The notes beneath the pieces are model-generated. The model ran no database searches, was not told where the DNA came from, and saw nothing but the letters and a program-made list of their open reading frames with translations. Shown here one piece after another: positions 38,612 through 48,630 of a stretch of 64,000 nucleotides of DNA; position 1 is the stretch's first letter; each line of letters begins with the position of its first letter. The position numbers and the translations under genes were made by a program. Source of the stretch: a virus. Location of the stretch: IMG/VR virus record IMGVR_UViG_3300043409_002154, positions 32,001-96,000 of that record. One strand, written 5' to 3'.

Positions 38612-41395
38612 TTAAACAAAATTTTGCCAACCTTCAGATGCGAAATCATAAATATAATCAGGAGAAACATTTATATTTTTCCAAAATGTTTGTTCATCGT
38701 TAGTAATTTCTAATAAATCTTCAATAGTGTCTTGATTTTCAGTTTTAAATGGGTGACCATTTATTAGTTCACATTGTTCTTTAGTAAATAACCCCATATC
38801 TTCCGGATTATTAACTAACAATGAATCTCTAACAATATCTTTAAAAACCACCAATAATGGTTGAATTCGTTTATTAAAAGTGGCAATAGCTCTAGCAACA
38901 TTATAATCACCTTTCATTTCTGGATTATTTTCTAAAGTTTTTTGTTCTAACAAATAACAATTAATCTGTATTTCAGTTTTATCGGGAGGTGCCGGTTTAC
39001 CGTTTTTAATTTCATACAATTCTCTTTGTTTTTTTGTCATTTTAAACGCAAAAACTTTTTGAACATCTCCTTGAGAAGCTTTATTTGCATTGTTAACATA
39101 ATAAACTACATCCCCCAAATTAGGGGTTAATTTATTTTTAATGATTAATTCCATATGAGCCATCATACTCATAGCTCCTCCAGACTTACTTGTTTGTTTA
39201 GAACGTTTTACATAATCACTTATACTTAATTTAACTTTGGCTCGTTGAGCAATTTTCATTAATGGAATTTGTTTATTATATATAACTGACAAATATTCAT
39301 AATACCAATCAACAAATTGTTTACCATTACCCTCAAGTAACATCCTAACACCTTTATCTAAAAAATCTTCAATATAAAGAGGTAATTTTTTTGATTTAAT
39401 AGTATTACCAGTTAATTTAATTTTCCCTTCATGTTCTAAAGTGGCGTAATTTTTTCTTGCTAAATTTATACACGATTTCCAAGTACCGTCACAATCCAAC
39501 CCCATCGCTCCTCTCATAAAAATATCGTTAAATTCGGCAACATCCGCATTATAACCAGTATATTCTTTGTCTTTTTTTACTAACCAATTAAGACCTTTAC
39601 CAATGTATTTTCTATTATCAACCCCATCATTTGGTAATGAAAAATTCATACCATCTGTATCACAAACAAGTGGGGTGTATCCTCTTTTCATAAAAAATTT
39701 TAACATTTGACGAAGATATTGTCTACCGGTACAAGTAATTTTTTCTCCACAATCCATATCCCCCCAATTAAAAACGTGAGGGGCACTTAACGAACCAAAA
39801 AAAGCGTTTATAAATATTTTTAATGGTAATTGTTTACGTCCATATGATAATGATTTTTTATAATCAATAGATTTATATTCGGACGCTAAATTTTTATACA
39901 TAATACGAGAATCCCTAAAATAACCTAACATTCCTTTCATTACTCCAGTAACATCACATTTAGGAAAAACATCATGTACTAATTGTATTGAAGGGTAAAG
40001 TGAAGAATAGTCAAGTTTTAATACGTCTTTAGAATAACCAACTTTTAATAACCTTGATAACCCACCAACAAAATCACGTTTTCCTTGTTTTTTAGGTATT
40101 GCTAATTTGTGTTTATATGACCAAGCTAACATAATCATACGCCAAAGAGTTGCAGTCCCCATTGTCGACACTCTTTCATATGTTGTGGGTACTAAAGAAG
40201 CTAATAAAAACGTACCTTGGTTAAATTCATCATCTACTAATAAAGTTTCTTCTAAGTCATCATCAAGATATCTTTCAACAATATTATCTCCAGTTACTTT
40301 GATATACGTTCCCGGAAATCTTTTATCTAAATCATTAAATTCTGGTTTATCGGCCATTTTATATTTGCCATTGGTAACGTTTAACCAAAATTCGTTTTTT
40401 TCTTTATACATTTTCCCAATTTCTTCGTGATTTATATAAACACGGTCAGGAGCCTCGGCATCAATATATTTTGTAATGTATTTTAGACCTGCGGATTTTA
40501 TACCAGAATTAATTGCTTGAGCTCTTCTTACAGAATGGATAATGTCAATTACATTATATCCCCATATACCTACTTGATTGTATCGTTCAACCTCATTAGC
40601 TAATTTTAATAAATTTTCGGTTTGTTTTATTTTATGGTTTGGATTTAAAGTTTTACAAACTTTTTTAATGTCAACATTAAGTGATTTACATCTTTCAAAT
40701 ATCCAAAACCAATCAAAATTTGCGGAATTATATCCACCAATAATACTTGGTTTAATTTCATCAATAATATTAAAAAACTCAATTAAACCTGATTTTTCCT
40801 CTTCTTCATTAGAACATTCAATAACTCTTTGTAAACCTTTATTGGTTTTTATACCAATCATGAAAATACGACCATCTTTAGGCTCAAGGGAAGTTGTTTC
40901 TAAGTCAAATACTAATCTTGTGATATCGTTATACTCACTATACCCTTTAAATAATCGTTTTTCTTTTTGTATAAGATATTGTTCTACAGGAGGTAAAATA
41001 GTAATTAAATCTTTTGTATTTTCCCCCCAAGGTTCAAGACCTCCATCTTTAAAAAATTGGATTAATGAACGGTACCCTTTAAGAGATTTAACCATAAACT
41101 TTAATCCCGATTCCAATCTTTCGTCCCCTTTAGTTTCAAGTTTTTCAACCATGATACCGTATTTAGACATCGCTTCTTTTTGAAGTGCTTTGGACGATTT
41201 ATAAAAATTTAATTCTTTTAGGTCTCCGACCCAAGCAAATGCGGTAAAAGTGTCTTTTTTAATTGTTTTTCCTTGACCAGGGATTTCTTTGATTTTATAA
41301 ATTGAATCTGACATATAATCAAATTCAATTGACACTATATGTTCTTCTGGGTCATTACCTTCTAAAAAAGACTTTATTTCTTCTTGACTAATCAT
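38612..41395 (-). CDS. Family B DNA polymerase
   Basis: Exonuclease FDLETT and GYNSANFD; polymerase DYSSLYPS, KIFINAFFG, CDTDG and RKNY; no intein visible. Confidence 0.96.
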   Translation of the reverse strand: MISQEEIKSFLEGNDPEEHIVSIEFDYMSDSIYKIKEIPGQGKTIKKDTFTAFAWVGDLKELNFYKSSKALQKEAMSKYGIMVEKLETKGDERLESGLKFMVKSLKGYRSLIQFFKDGGLEPWGENTKDLITILPPVEQYLIQKEKRLFKGYSEYNDITRLVFDLETTSLEPKDGRIFMIGIKTNKGLQRVIECSNEEEEKSGLIEFFNIIDEIKPSIIGGYNSANFDWFWIFERCKSLNVDIKKVCKTLNPNHKIKQTENLLKLANEVERYNQVGIWGYNVIDIIHSVRRAQAINSGIKSAGLKYITKYIDAEAPDRVYINHEEIGKMYKEKNEFWLNVTNGKYKMADKPEFNDLDKRFPGTYIKVTGDNIVERYLDDDLEETLLVDDEFNQGTFLLASLVPTTYERVSTMGTATLWRMIMLAWSYKHKLAIPKKQGKRDFVGGLSRLLKVGYSKDVLKLDYSSLYPSIQLVHDVFPKCDVTGVMKGMLGYFRDSRIMYKNLASEYKSIDYKKSLSYGRKQLPLKIFINAFFGSLSAPHVFNWGDMDCGEKITCTGRQYLRQMLKFFMKRGYTPLVCDTDGMNFSLPNDGVDNRKYIGKGLNWLVKKDKEYTGYNADVAEFNDIFMRGAMGLDCDGTWKSCINLARKNYATLEHEGKIKLTGNTIKSKKLPLYIEDFLDKGVRMLLEGNGKQFVDWYYEYLSVIYNKQIPLMKIAQRAKVKLSISDYVKRSKQTSKSGGAMSMMAHMELIIKNKLTPNLGDVVYYVNNANKASQGDVQKVFAFKMTKKQRELYEIKNGKPAPPDKTEIQINCYLLEQKTLENNPEMKGDYNVARAIATFNKRIQPLLVVFKDIVRDSLLVNNPEDMGLFTKEQCELINGHPFKTENQDTIEDLLEITNDEQTFWKNINVSPDYIYDFASEGWQNFV

Positions 41396-41458
41396 ATTAT
41401 ATTTTTTTAAAATGACATATTAGCTCTGATTTTAAATCAGGTTTGTCTTGTTTCTATA

Positions 41459-41487
41459 AATATATTGGAAATCTTTAGTTAAGTCAA
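41459..41487 (-). promoter_or_regulatory. Sigma70-type promoter upstream of the DNA polymerase
   Basis: TTGACT-N17-TATATT on the minus strand, right after a terminator. Confidence 0.6.
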
Positions 41488-41492
41488 ATAAT

Positions 41493-41516
41493 AAAAAAAG
41501 ACCCGAAGGTCTTTTT
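41493..41516 (-). terminator. Intrinsic terminator with a C(UUCG)G tetraloop
   Basis: Minus strand reads AAAAAGACC-TTCG-GGTCTTTTTTT. Confidence 0.88.
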
Positions 41517-41518
41517 GT

Positions 41519-42592
41519 TTATAAAGGTAATCCTGACACGTATTCTGATGTTAGGTCAACCCAACCACCGTTAATACTATATTTCCAAAATTGGTCAATG
41601 TTAACATATGATTCATATCCATAATCAGTATTAATAAAAATACCACTAGCAAAAAATATTTCAAGAGAAGGTCTTGATGATAAAACACTATTTGTTGCCC
41701 CAGATAAATTAGTTTTTAAATAATCAAATGCGTTTTCTTTAATTTTATTTGTCGCAAAAACCATTCTTTTATTATATATTTGTTCTGTTGTTCCTGTAAA
41801 CCCTGTTAATGTACTACTAAACGGCCACAAAATATCAATTAATTTATAAAACTCATAATCACCGGAACCTGAATAAGTACTAAATGTTGGTGTACTAGCA
41901 CTCCAAGTTGTTAATACCTCACCTATTGCTCCGGCTACGGCTCCACAAGTATTGTCAGTAATACTATCTGTTTTATCTTTTCTAAACATTCTACCCGCAC
42001 GACCATCTATTGTAACACCAATGTGTGGAGTACTTGTAATAAATAAAGTTCCGCCACTTGTAATGTGACTAGCCCACGCCCCTAATCCAACAGTCCCAAC
42101 AAATGGAAACCCAGCTAAACCTCCTGACATAAACGGACCAAGAAATGTGTTCATAGACGTTGGAAATTGTCCAATATTATCAACACCAGTAAATACAGGT
42201 CCATCAACATCATCAGAACATATACCTTCGGCATAAATTATATCATTAGCAGAATAACCTTTACTAGTAATAAAACCTTTTGTGTATTCCCCCCAAGATT
42301 CAGATAATGTTGAAGATGAATACGATAAACCACCTTCCGGATTAACAACACTTCTAACGGTAGTTGTGTAACCAGATTGTAATGGCGCAGGTTCTGCCAC
42401 ATTAAAATTATAAATGTAATTATATTCTAATACATTAATATTGTAACTACCATACGGGTATGAAGTTACGTTATTAAATGGTATTGTTTTGATACCTAAA
42501 TTTTGTAATGTTCCACCTGACGCTGGTGTAAAGGTAACCGCGGCTGTTTTACCTATTAAATTATTACTGATAAATCTTAAACCAATTGACAT
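41519..42592 (-). CDS. LCIB/LCIC-type beta-carbonic anhydrase domain protein with an extra N-terminal beta domain
   Basis: ICSDD, GPFMSGGLAGFPFVGTVGLGAWASH, PHIGV and TCGA: the Cys/His/Cys Zn-ligand pattern of the LCIB family. Confidence 0.8.
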   Translation of the reverse strand: MSIGLRFISNNLIGKTAAVTFTPASGGTLQNLGIKTIPFNNVTSYPYGSYNINVLEYNYIYNFNVAEPAPLQSGYTTTVRSVVNPEGGLSYSSSTLSESWGEYTKGFITSKGYSANDIIYAEGICSDDVDGPVFTGVDNIGQFPTSMNTFLGPFMSGGLAGFPFVGTVGLGAWASHITSGGTLFITSTPHIGVTIDGRAGRMFRKDKTDSITDNTCGAVAGAIGEVLTTWSASTPTFSTYSGSGDYEFYKLIDILWPFSSTLTGFTGTTEQIYNKRMVFATNKIKENAFDYLKTNLSGATNSVLSSRPSLEIFFASGIFINTDYGYESYVNIDQFWKYSINGGWVDLTSEYVSGLPL

Positions 42593-42628
42593 ATTTGTTT
42601 TTTTTGTTTTGTTTATAAATATCCGTAA

Positions 42629-43204
42629 TTATAATAAAATTTCTAATCTGATATCATTATTTGGTATAATGTCATCGTCTAAATTATTATCAGGAATATT
42701 ATATGAAATTATATCATTATTTGGTATTGCAATATCTGTTAAATCATTTGATGGAATATTTGTTGGTGTTGGTGTTGGATTAACTGGGTCAACACAACAC
42801 GGAAAATCTGAAACATAACAAGATGTAAATTCTAAATCGTCAGCAATAAACGAATCTTGTATATTAATATACAATTTTTCTCTAGTTGGAGTAATTAAAA
42901 CACCATCACTATTTCTTAACATGAATTGACCTTCAAACCTTCCCGTTTTACTAGTATCTTTTGAAGTGAATTGATAATAAATATAATATTCGGGTTCAGC
43001 GTTTGGTTCATCAAAAGTTTTTTCGACAAACCCTGCAGGTCTAGATGAAATTTTTGGTATTCCACTTTCAATATCGGTCATTGAAAAGAATATCGATGAA
43101 ACTTCAATTAACTTCATAAAGTTATTGTAATCACTTCTACCGTCTTTAACAATTTGCAATTTTAATAAGGGTAACGTTGAATTTTTTTTAATTATAAATT
43201 CCAT
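42629..43204 (-). CDS. BppU-like virion adaptor protein with a PT linker and C-terminal repeats
   Basis: FIIKKNSTLPLL...IYYQFTSKDTSKTGRFEGQF; PTPTPT; four IPxN[D/N] decapeptides. Confidence 0.6.
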   Translation of the reverse strand: MEFIIKKNSTLPLLKLQIVKDGRSDYNNFMKLIEVSSIFFSMTDIESGIPKISSRPAGFVEKTFDEPNAEPEYYIYYQFTSKDTSKTGRFEGQFMLRNSDGVLITPTREKLYINIQDSFIADDLEFTSCYVSDFPCCVDPVNPTPTPTNIPSNDLTDIAIPNNDIISYNIPDNNLDDDIIPNNDIRLEILL

Positions 43205-43294
43205 CTAAATTTTATTTATAAATACCTGAGAAAACAAAAATATTAACATCCGATATTGGATGAATTTAATTAAAAAAAAGTAATAAAGATTAAA

Positions 43295-44971
43295 TTAACA
43301 TTCTTTTCTTAATTCCGCCGCGTAATGATGAAATCTATGATGCTCAGTAGGCGTTAATAATAATATTCCGGGTTTTATTAGACCTTTTACTGTTTCTTGA
43401 TAAGCGTAGGACATTAATGTTTGTTCAAACGGAGATTGGAATTTTGTTTCCAAATAACATCTAAAATTACCTTCTTTTGTTAAAAGAATTGGCCAATTAC
43501 ATAAATAAATATCACCTGATGCGTATGGTAATCCTTTATGTGATTTAATGTTTTTGAATACCGTATTAGGAGCATTTGGGTCTAATCCTTGAACAGGTAA
43601 TTTTGGTTTTTCAGGCCAATTAGTTTCTCTAAATGATTGTGGGGTATTATACCAAGAAAATTGGATATCGTTAGACCCATAAAATTCAGTAAAGTTTAAT
43701 TTTAAAAAATCAAAATTTTCTTTCTTTAAAATCTCTAATGATTTTTGATATAGGTTAGGAACATATCTATTGAAACCATTTCTACAAACCTCACCTTTTT
43801 TTGAATAAAACTCCATGTCATCCTCGTAAAAATAATAGGCTGATAAATCTGTTGTATCAAAATGTTCAGCAATATAAACTCGGCCTCTAACAATACCAAG
43901 ATTTTCACCAGTACCAATCCTTTCAAACCCATATTCCTCACAAAGTTCTTGGTATCTTGGGGTTGTTGTTAAATCAGTAGAATTATCCAGTAAAAATTTT
44001 CTAGGTTTAAGTATAAAATCTTTATCGTATTCTAACATTGATTTAACCAATGTCTCAAATTGATTTGGGCTATTAAAGGTAATAACATAAAGACCTACTT
44101 TATTTACGTCTAAATTATTATTAAGTAATATTTTACCTTCTGACTTAACTTTTAATTCATCGTTTTTTAAATCTTCAAAAAACTTACCAATTAATCCGTT
44201 TTGTTCAATTTCAAAATAATTTATTATGTCTGGATGTTTATAACACATAATAGAAAAAAGACTTTCTTCAGTTCCCATGTACCCTTCATCTAATGTTGAC
44301 GATAATAATCCATAATAAATTGAATTAATGTCTGATATAGTATGTTTAGGACCACCAAAAAATCCACCTCTAGCGACTTTATCAACTTTATTACCGGCAA
44401 TTGAATTTAATTTATTAAAATCAAATCCGTGAATTTCTGTTTCCGCTTGATATGGAAAAGTTATAAAAGAAAATTTTGAAATATACTTAGAAAGTTTATT
44501 TAAAACCTTATCATGTGTAAAGTAACCAGGGTGAACAGTATTTGTTAAACCGGCATCAATCCAAAACATGTATTCGGAATCAAATTTGTCTAAAATTTTA
44601 GCGTCATGAATTAAAAATATTTTACTCATGACTAATGGATTGTACATTTCTAATTTAGCTTGAGTAGACTCACCTAACCAACCCGCTTTATTGTACCAAT
44701 CAGGGTTTGTTCTAATAGTTTGTATTTTATCAAAATAATTGTTTGATTTAAACCAAGACACATCTCTTAAAATAAATTGAGTGTTTGATGGTGAACGTCT
44801 TTCCGATACAAATTTTTCTAATTCAGAATCCCCAAAAATTATTAAATTATTATCAATTTTTAATAATTGGTCAAACTTTTCTAAATAATGTGAAAATGTT
44901 CTAGACCAACCTTCAGTAAGTTCATCTCTTTTAATATTCCAAAGACCTGTAACTAATGTAATATTATCCAT
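43295..44971 (-). CDS. Two-domain glycosyltransferase (HtrL/YibB-like plus GT-A domain)
   Basis: ITLVTGLWNI, FWIDAG, GGFFGG and GTEES; second domain YVITFN...LDNS...YEDD. Confidence 0.7.
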   Translation of the reverse strand: MDNITLVTGLWNIKRDELTEGWSRTFSHYLEKFDQLLKIDNNLIIFGDSELEKFVSERRSPSNTQFILRDVSWFKSNNYFDKIQTIRTNPDWYNKAGWLGESTQAKLEMYNPLVMSKIFLIHDAKILDKFDSEYMFWIDAGLTNTVHPGYFTHDKVLNKLSKYISKFSFITFPYQAETEIHGFDFNKLNSIAGNKVDKVARGGFFGGPKHTISDINSIYYGLLSSTLDEGYMGTEESLFSIMCYKHPDIINYFEIEQNGLIGKFFEDLKNDELKVKSEGKILLNNNLDVNKVGLYVITFNSPNQFETLVKSMLEYDKDFILKPRKFLLDNSTDLTTTPRYQELCEEYGFERIGTGENLGIVRGRVYIAEHFDTTDLSAYYFYEDDMEFYSKKGEVCRNGFNRYVPNLYQKSLEILKKENFDFLKLNFTEFYGSNDIQFSWYNTPQSFRETNWPEKPKLPVQGLDPNAPNTVFKNIKSHKGLPYASGDIYLCNWPILLTKEGNFRCYLETKFQSPFEQTLMSYAYQETVKGLIKPGILLLTPTEHHRFHHYAAELRKEC

Positions 44972-44973
44972 AA

Positions 44974-45600
44974 TTATTTTAATTTACAAACCCAAACCGC
45001 TTGAGAAAATTTATTTTGATTATATGACTTAAGATTATTTTCAATCACAGATTGTTCAATATCTGACTCAGTAATTTCACACCAGTTCCAGATTTTATCT
45101 TTAATCTCGGTTTCATAAACTTCTTTACTAAACGAATAATCATGGGCTAAAATATAATCGCCTTCTTTAATTAATTTTGAAAATATTTTAAACTCACCAA
45201 TTTTCCAACCTCCATCACAAAGAACAATTGTAACACCGTCTTGTTTTACAAAATCAACAACCTCTTGTTTAACACCACTCCAATCCTCATTAAAGATATT
45301 TTCAACTCTAACATCAATCCCTTTTTCAATCATTTGGTGGTACCAGGGTCTTTCAGAAATGTCATAAGACAAAATCTTGGTATTTAATTCTAATTCATCA
45401 GTAATAATTTTTAAAAATTCTGTAAACCCTCCTAAAGCAGTTCCAATTTCTAAAATTCTATTTGGTTTAACTTCCGAAATAAAATCATAAAAAACTTGGT
45501 AAGCGTTATGACTTTGTTGTGCCGTATGTCCTTTAAATGCGGACAAACTATCGTTTTGTTCAAGGTTAGTAAATCTTGTTATATTTTCTTGTATATTCAT
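44974..45600 (-). CDS. Class I SAM-dependent methyltransferase (CmcI-like)
   Basis: KPNRILEIGTALGG, SYDI, DGG and GDYILAHD. Confidence 0.75.
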   Translation of the reverse strand: MNIQENITRFTNLEQNDSLSAFKGHTAQQSHNAYQVFYDFISEVKPNRILEIGTALGGFTEFLKIITDELELNTKILSYDISERPWYHQMIEKGIDVRVENIFNEDWSGVKQEVVDFVKQDGVTIVLCDGGWKIGEFKIFSKLIKEGDYILAHDYSFSKEVYETEIKDKIWNWCEITESDIEQSVIENNLKSYNQNKFSQAVWVCKLK

Positions 45601-45602
45601 AA

Positions 45603-46316
45603 TTAAAATCTTATATGTAAATTTCCTGATTTATCGTGGAATTCAAAACAGTTTGGAATAAACCCCCTAAAACTGTTCCAATCCCAATTCATTTCGGCCT
45701 CTAAAGCCGATACTCCAATGTCAAACCCATCTGGGTAATTTCTAATATTATTATGTATTGAATACCATAAAAATTCTTCCCATCTTCTAACAAAATATCT
45801 AAATTTCCAATTGTTTCTGAATACCATAAATTGTTCATTTACAACGTGAGCTTCATCCCATTTTGTATGTTCAAACACATGATAATCATATAACTTTCTA
45901 TCAAAAAAACAATCATTCATATTTTTTTTATGGTCGCCTACTTTTGATGGTCGTTCAAATAAAAAATCTAAATTATTTTTTTCCATATGATTAAATAAAT
46001 TAAATAATTTATCTTCACTGAAATTATCTATCATTCTCCAATCGGCATCATTGTAAATAATATAATCATATCCTTTATCTAAACAATATTTCAAGGATAA
46101 AACTTTTAAATTTAAAAAAAATGAAAACCCTGGATTTCCGTCATCATATCGGTCAAGTTTAAAAAGGTCTAAATTTACTTTTGGGCCCGCTTCGCAAATT
46201 TCATTAGTGGTAATGTTAAAATCTGCGGAACATTTTTCACTGTATTTAGTATAACATTCTGAGGCATTCTTTACATATGACTCTCCAACTGCTAGTGTGG
46301 TAAAAATATATTTCAT
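45603..46316 (-). CDS. Putative GT-A glycosyltransferase
   Basis: TTLAVGESY at the N-terminus and YIIYNDAD (DxD); inside the GT cluster. Confidence 0.6.
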   Translation of the reverse strand: MKYIFTTLAVGESYVKNASECYTKYSEKCSADFNITTNEICEAGPKVNLDLFKLDRYDDGNPGFSFFLNLKVLSLKYCLDKGYDYIIYNDADWRMIDNFSEDKLFNLFNHMEKNNLDFLFERPSKVGDHKKNMNDCFFDRKLYDYHVFEHTKWDEAHVVNEQFMVFRNNWKFRYFVRRWEEFLWYSIHNNIRNYPDGFDIGVSALEAEMNWDWNSFRGFIPNCFEFHDKSGNLHIRF

Positions 46317-47299
46317 TAGGTTTCAATAATTTTTTCTAAAAAATTTAGTGTGTAATCAAAGTCATAATAATCAGGTAATTTGTTGTCTACAAAAATTGGA
46401 GATTCAATATACTTTCTATATAATGTTTCGTTATTATCAATTTCTTTAACTAAAGATAAAAAGTCATTTAAATCAGTAAAGTCATGTAAATTAATAAAAC
46501 TTTCAGGATTAAAACCTTCTTCTAAAATATGTTGATTACCAAAAAATATTGGAATGGCCCCACTAAAGAACGCATGATATATTTTTTCTTGTAAAATATA
46601 ATCTGTGTTTGTATAATGAATTGACATGTTAAACTTGTATTTTTGAAACAGACCTATCTTTTCTCTATAAGTCAAACCATCAATTCTACCAAGATACAAG
46701 TGATTTTGCCATTGGTACTTATTTAATGTCTCGTCACCATATAGTGTTTGTCTCCAAGGACCTGACGAACTAACCATTTTATATTCAGATAATTTATCAA
46801 AAACTTTGCTCCTAAAATCATTATTTGATGCTTGAGTTATTGAACAAAAACCTGTATTTCTTTTTGATATTACATTAAAATTTCTTTTTTCTGTTAACCA
46901 ATTTAAAGGACTATCAACCAATCTTGATTCATCATACAAAGTCCAAACATCAAAAACACCAGATGGTTGTCTTAAGTATTTGGCATGTTCAAATTTATTA
47001 TAACCTAGAGCCCATTGATTTTCATTTGCCAAAATTGGACTTCTAAAATCAGCAACTTCACCTGAAACATATAAAAATTTTTTATTTTTATCTGATTGAT
47101 TATGGTTTGTTGGTAATTTACCTGTATACGTATCAATTTGATTTTCATTATAATTTAAATCAGAATGGATTACAATATCAGGATTTATTGGGTCAATAAT
47201 TACATTATATTTTTTTGATAAAATAAATTTAAAATAATTCATCCAACTATGTTGACCAACATTTGGAAATCCTTGTCTAGTTATTCTAATTGTTTTCAT
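46316..47299 (-). CDS. GT10 alpha-1,3-fucosyltransferase-like protein
   Basis: YVSGE and FCS..ASN; YKFNMS...Y..EKIYHAFFSGAIPIFFG (alpha-1,3-FucT motif). Confidence 0.8.
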   Translation of the reverse strand: MKTIRITRQGFPNVGQHSWMNYFKFILSKKYNVIIDPINPDIVIHSDLNYNENQIDTYTGKLPTNHNQSDKNKKFLYVSGEVADFRSPILANENQWALGYNKFEHAKYLRQPSGVFDVWTLYDESRLVDSPLNWLTEKRNFNVISKRNTGFCSITQASNNDFRSKVFDKLSEYKMVSSSGPWRQTLYGDETLNKYQWQNHLYLGRIDGLTYREKIGLFQKYKFNMSIHYTNTDYILQEKIYHAFFSGAIPIFFGNQHILEEGFNPESFINLHDFTDLNDFLSLVKEIDNNETLYRKYIESPIFVDNKLPDYYDFDYTLNFLEKIIET

Positions 47300-47990
47300 T
47301 TAAAATTTGGGTCAATTTAAGAGTGTTATCAGTATATGGTCCATTATCATGTATAATATACGCTTCCAAATTTAAAAGTGAAACTTCCTTACCTATTATC
47401 TTAACACAATTTTTTGTGTCTAATGTGCTAAAAAAGAAATCACGTTCTTGGTCAATAATAATATCGTCATTAAGTAGATATTGAATTGTCCATCTACCTT
47501 GGTCATCAATACCTGTCTGGTATTCTTTTTCAATAATATCTTTTAAGTGAGATACGATTTTATCGGTGTATCCAAAATAAGTACCAGAATTTAAATACTT
47601 ACTATCATTAATGGCTCGTTTGTTATCATATAGATGAGTATAGTTTGTTGGTGGCCATAAACCTTTTTCCGCGCCCATAATAAGACTACAATTTAAAGAT
47701 TTAAACTTTTCTATAATACCCTCAGGAGATTTAATAAAATTGGTGTCTGTAGCATCTAAAAATAGAATATAATCATATTTCCCAACAATATGAGATTCAA
47801 TATATTCTAAAACTTTTACTGTTTTATAAAAGTATAATTTATCATAATAAGAACCGTTTGTTATTAATCCCGAATGTCTAACAATATGAATATCTTCAGG
47901 TGAAAAATACTTTAAAGCGTTCTTATAAAAAGATGGTTCATAATGTTCGGGGTAATCAAACAAAGAAGTTATTAAAGCAACATTTTTCAT
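47286..47990 (-). CDS. PLOD/LH3-type glycosyltransferase domain protein
   Basis: ILFLDATD, MGAEKGLWP, YLNSGTYFG, DDQ and IIHDNG; likely start is MKNVAL at 47990 (track start 48023). Confidence 0.78.
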   Translation of the reverse strand: MKNVALITSLFDYPEHYEPSFYKNALKYFSPEDIHIVRHSGLITNGSYYDKLYFYKTVKVLEYIESHIVGKYDYILFLDATDTNFIKSPEGIIEKFKSLNCSLIMGAEKGLWPPTNYTHLYDNKRAINDSKYLNSGTYFGYTDKIVSHLKDIIEKEYQTGIDDQGRWTIQYLLNDDIIIDQERDFFFSTLDTKNCVKIIGKEVSLLNLEAYIIHDNGPYTDNTLKLTQILNENN

Positions 47991-47991
47991 A

Positions 47992-48630
47992 TTAATTAGT
48001 TGATAAGTCTTTATAAAATTCATTTATTAAATCCGCGTCACTATAAAATATTTTATCTTCCGCAAAAAATTTATAAGGTATTTCGTTTTCCCAAAATATA
48101 ATAAGTTCTTTACCTAATGAATTTTTTAATAATTCATTTGATTCTTCACAAACTTCAATAAATGAAAATTTTGGATAAATGCAGATTTTATTATCTTTCA
48201 CATCAATTATTTGTTTATGGTGAGCATTACCTCTATATTTGTTATTCCACAAAAAAGAAAATTCGTCAAATTTAGAAGGGATTGCGATATAACCTTTATT
48301 AGATATTTTTGGTAATAAATCTAACAATTGAATTGGGGTTATAACGTCTTCTAAAGTATGAGAACAAATACTATAGTCAAATTTACCATTTTGTTCTACA
48401 TAATTTAATAATTCAGACCAAGTATTTTTATTTTGAATATTAAAATCAAAAAATTTTACGTCTTCTTTTTCAATTTTAACAATATCAGCAACAAATTTAC
48501 ATTCGGGGTACGACCAAAATTGTAAAGACGCTCCAATATCAATTGTTTTATATCCATTATCTGAAATTATTTTTTTTACGTCACCGATTAAGTCTTTAAC
48601 CGAATTATTATATTGCCAATGTGTTATCAT
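47992..48630 (-). CDS. SAM-dependent methyltransferase-like protein
   Basis: IDIGAS, FDYSICSHTLED and GYIAIPS. Confidence 0.7.
   Translation of the reverse strand: MITHWQYNNSVKDLIGDVKKIISDNGYKTIDIGASLQFWSYPECKFVADIVKIEKEDVKFFDFNIQNKNTWSELLNYVEQNGKFDYSICSHTLEDVITPIQLLDLLPKISNKGYIAIPSKFDEFSFLWNNKYRGNAHHKQIIDVKDNKICIYPKFSFIEVCEESNELLKNSLGKELIIFWENEIPYKFFAEDKIFYSDADLINEFYKDLSTN

Noticed and set aside
38612-41395. Intein or intron in the DNA polymerase (the helicase was also checked)
   Set aside because: Motifs are contiguous, lengths are ordinary, and no intein boundary motifs are visible.
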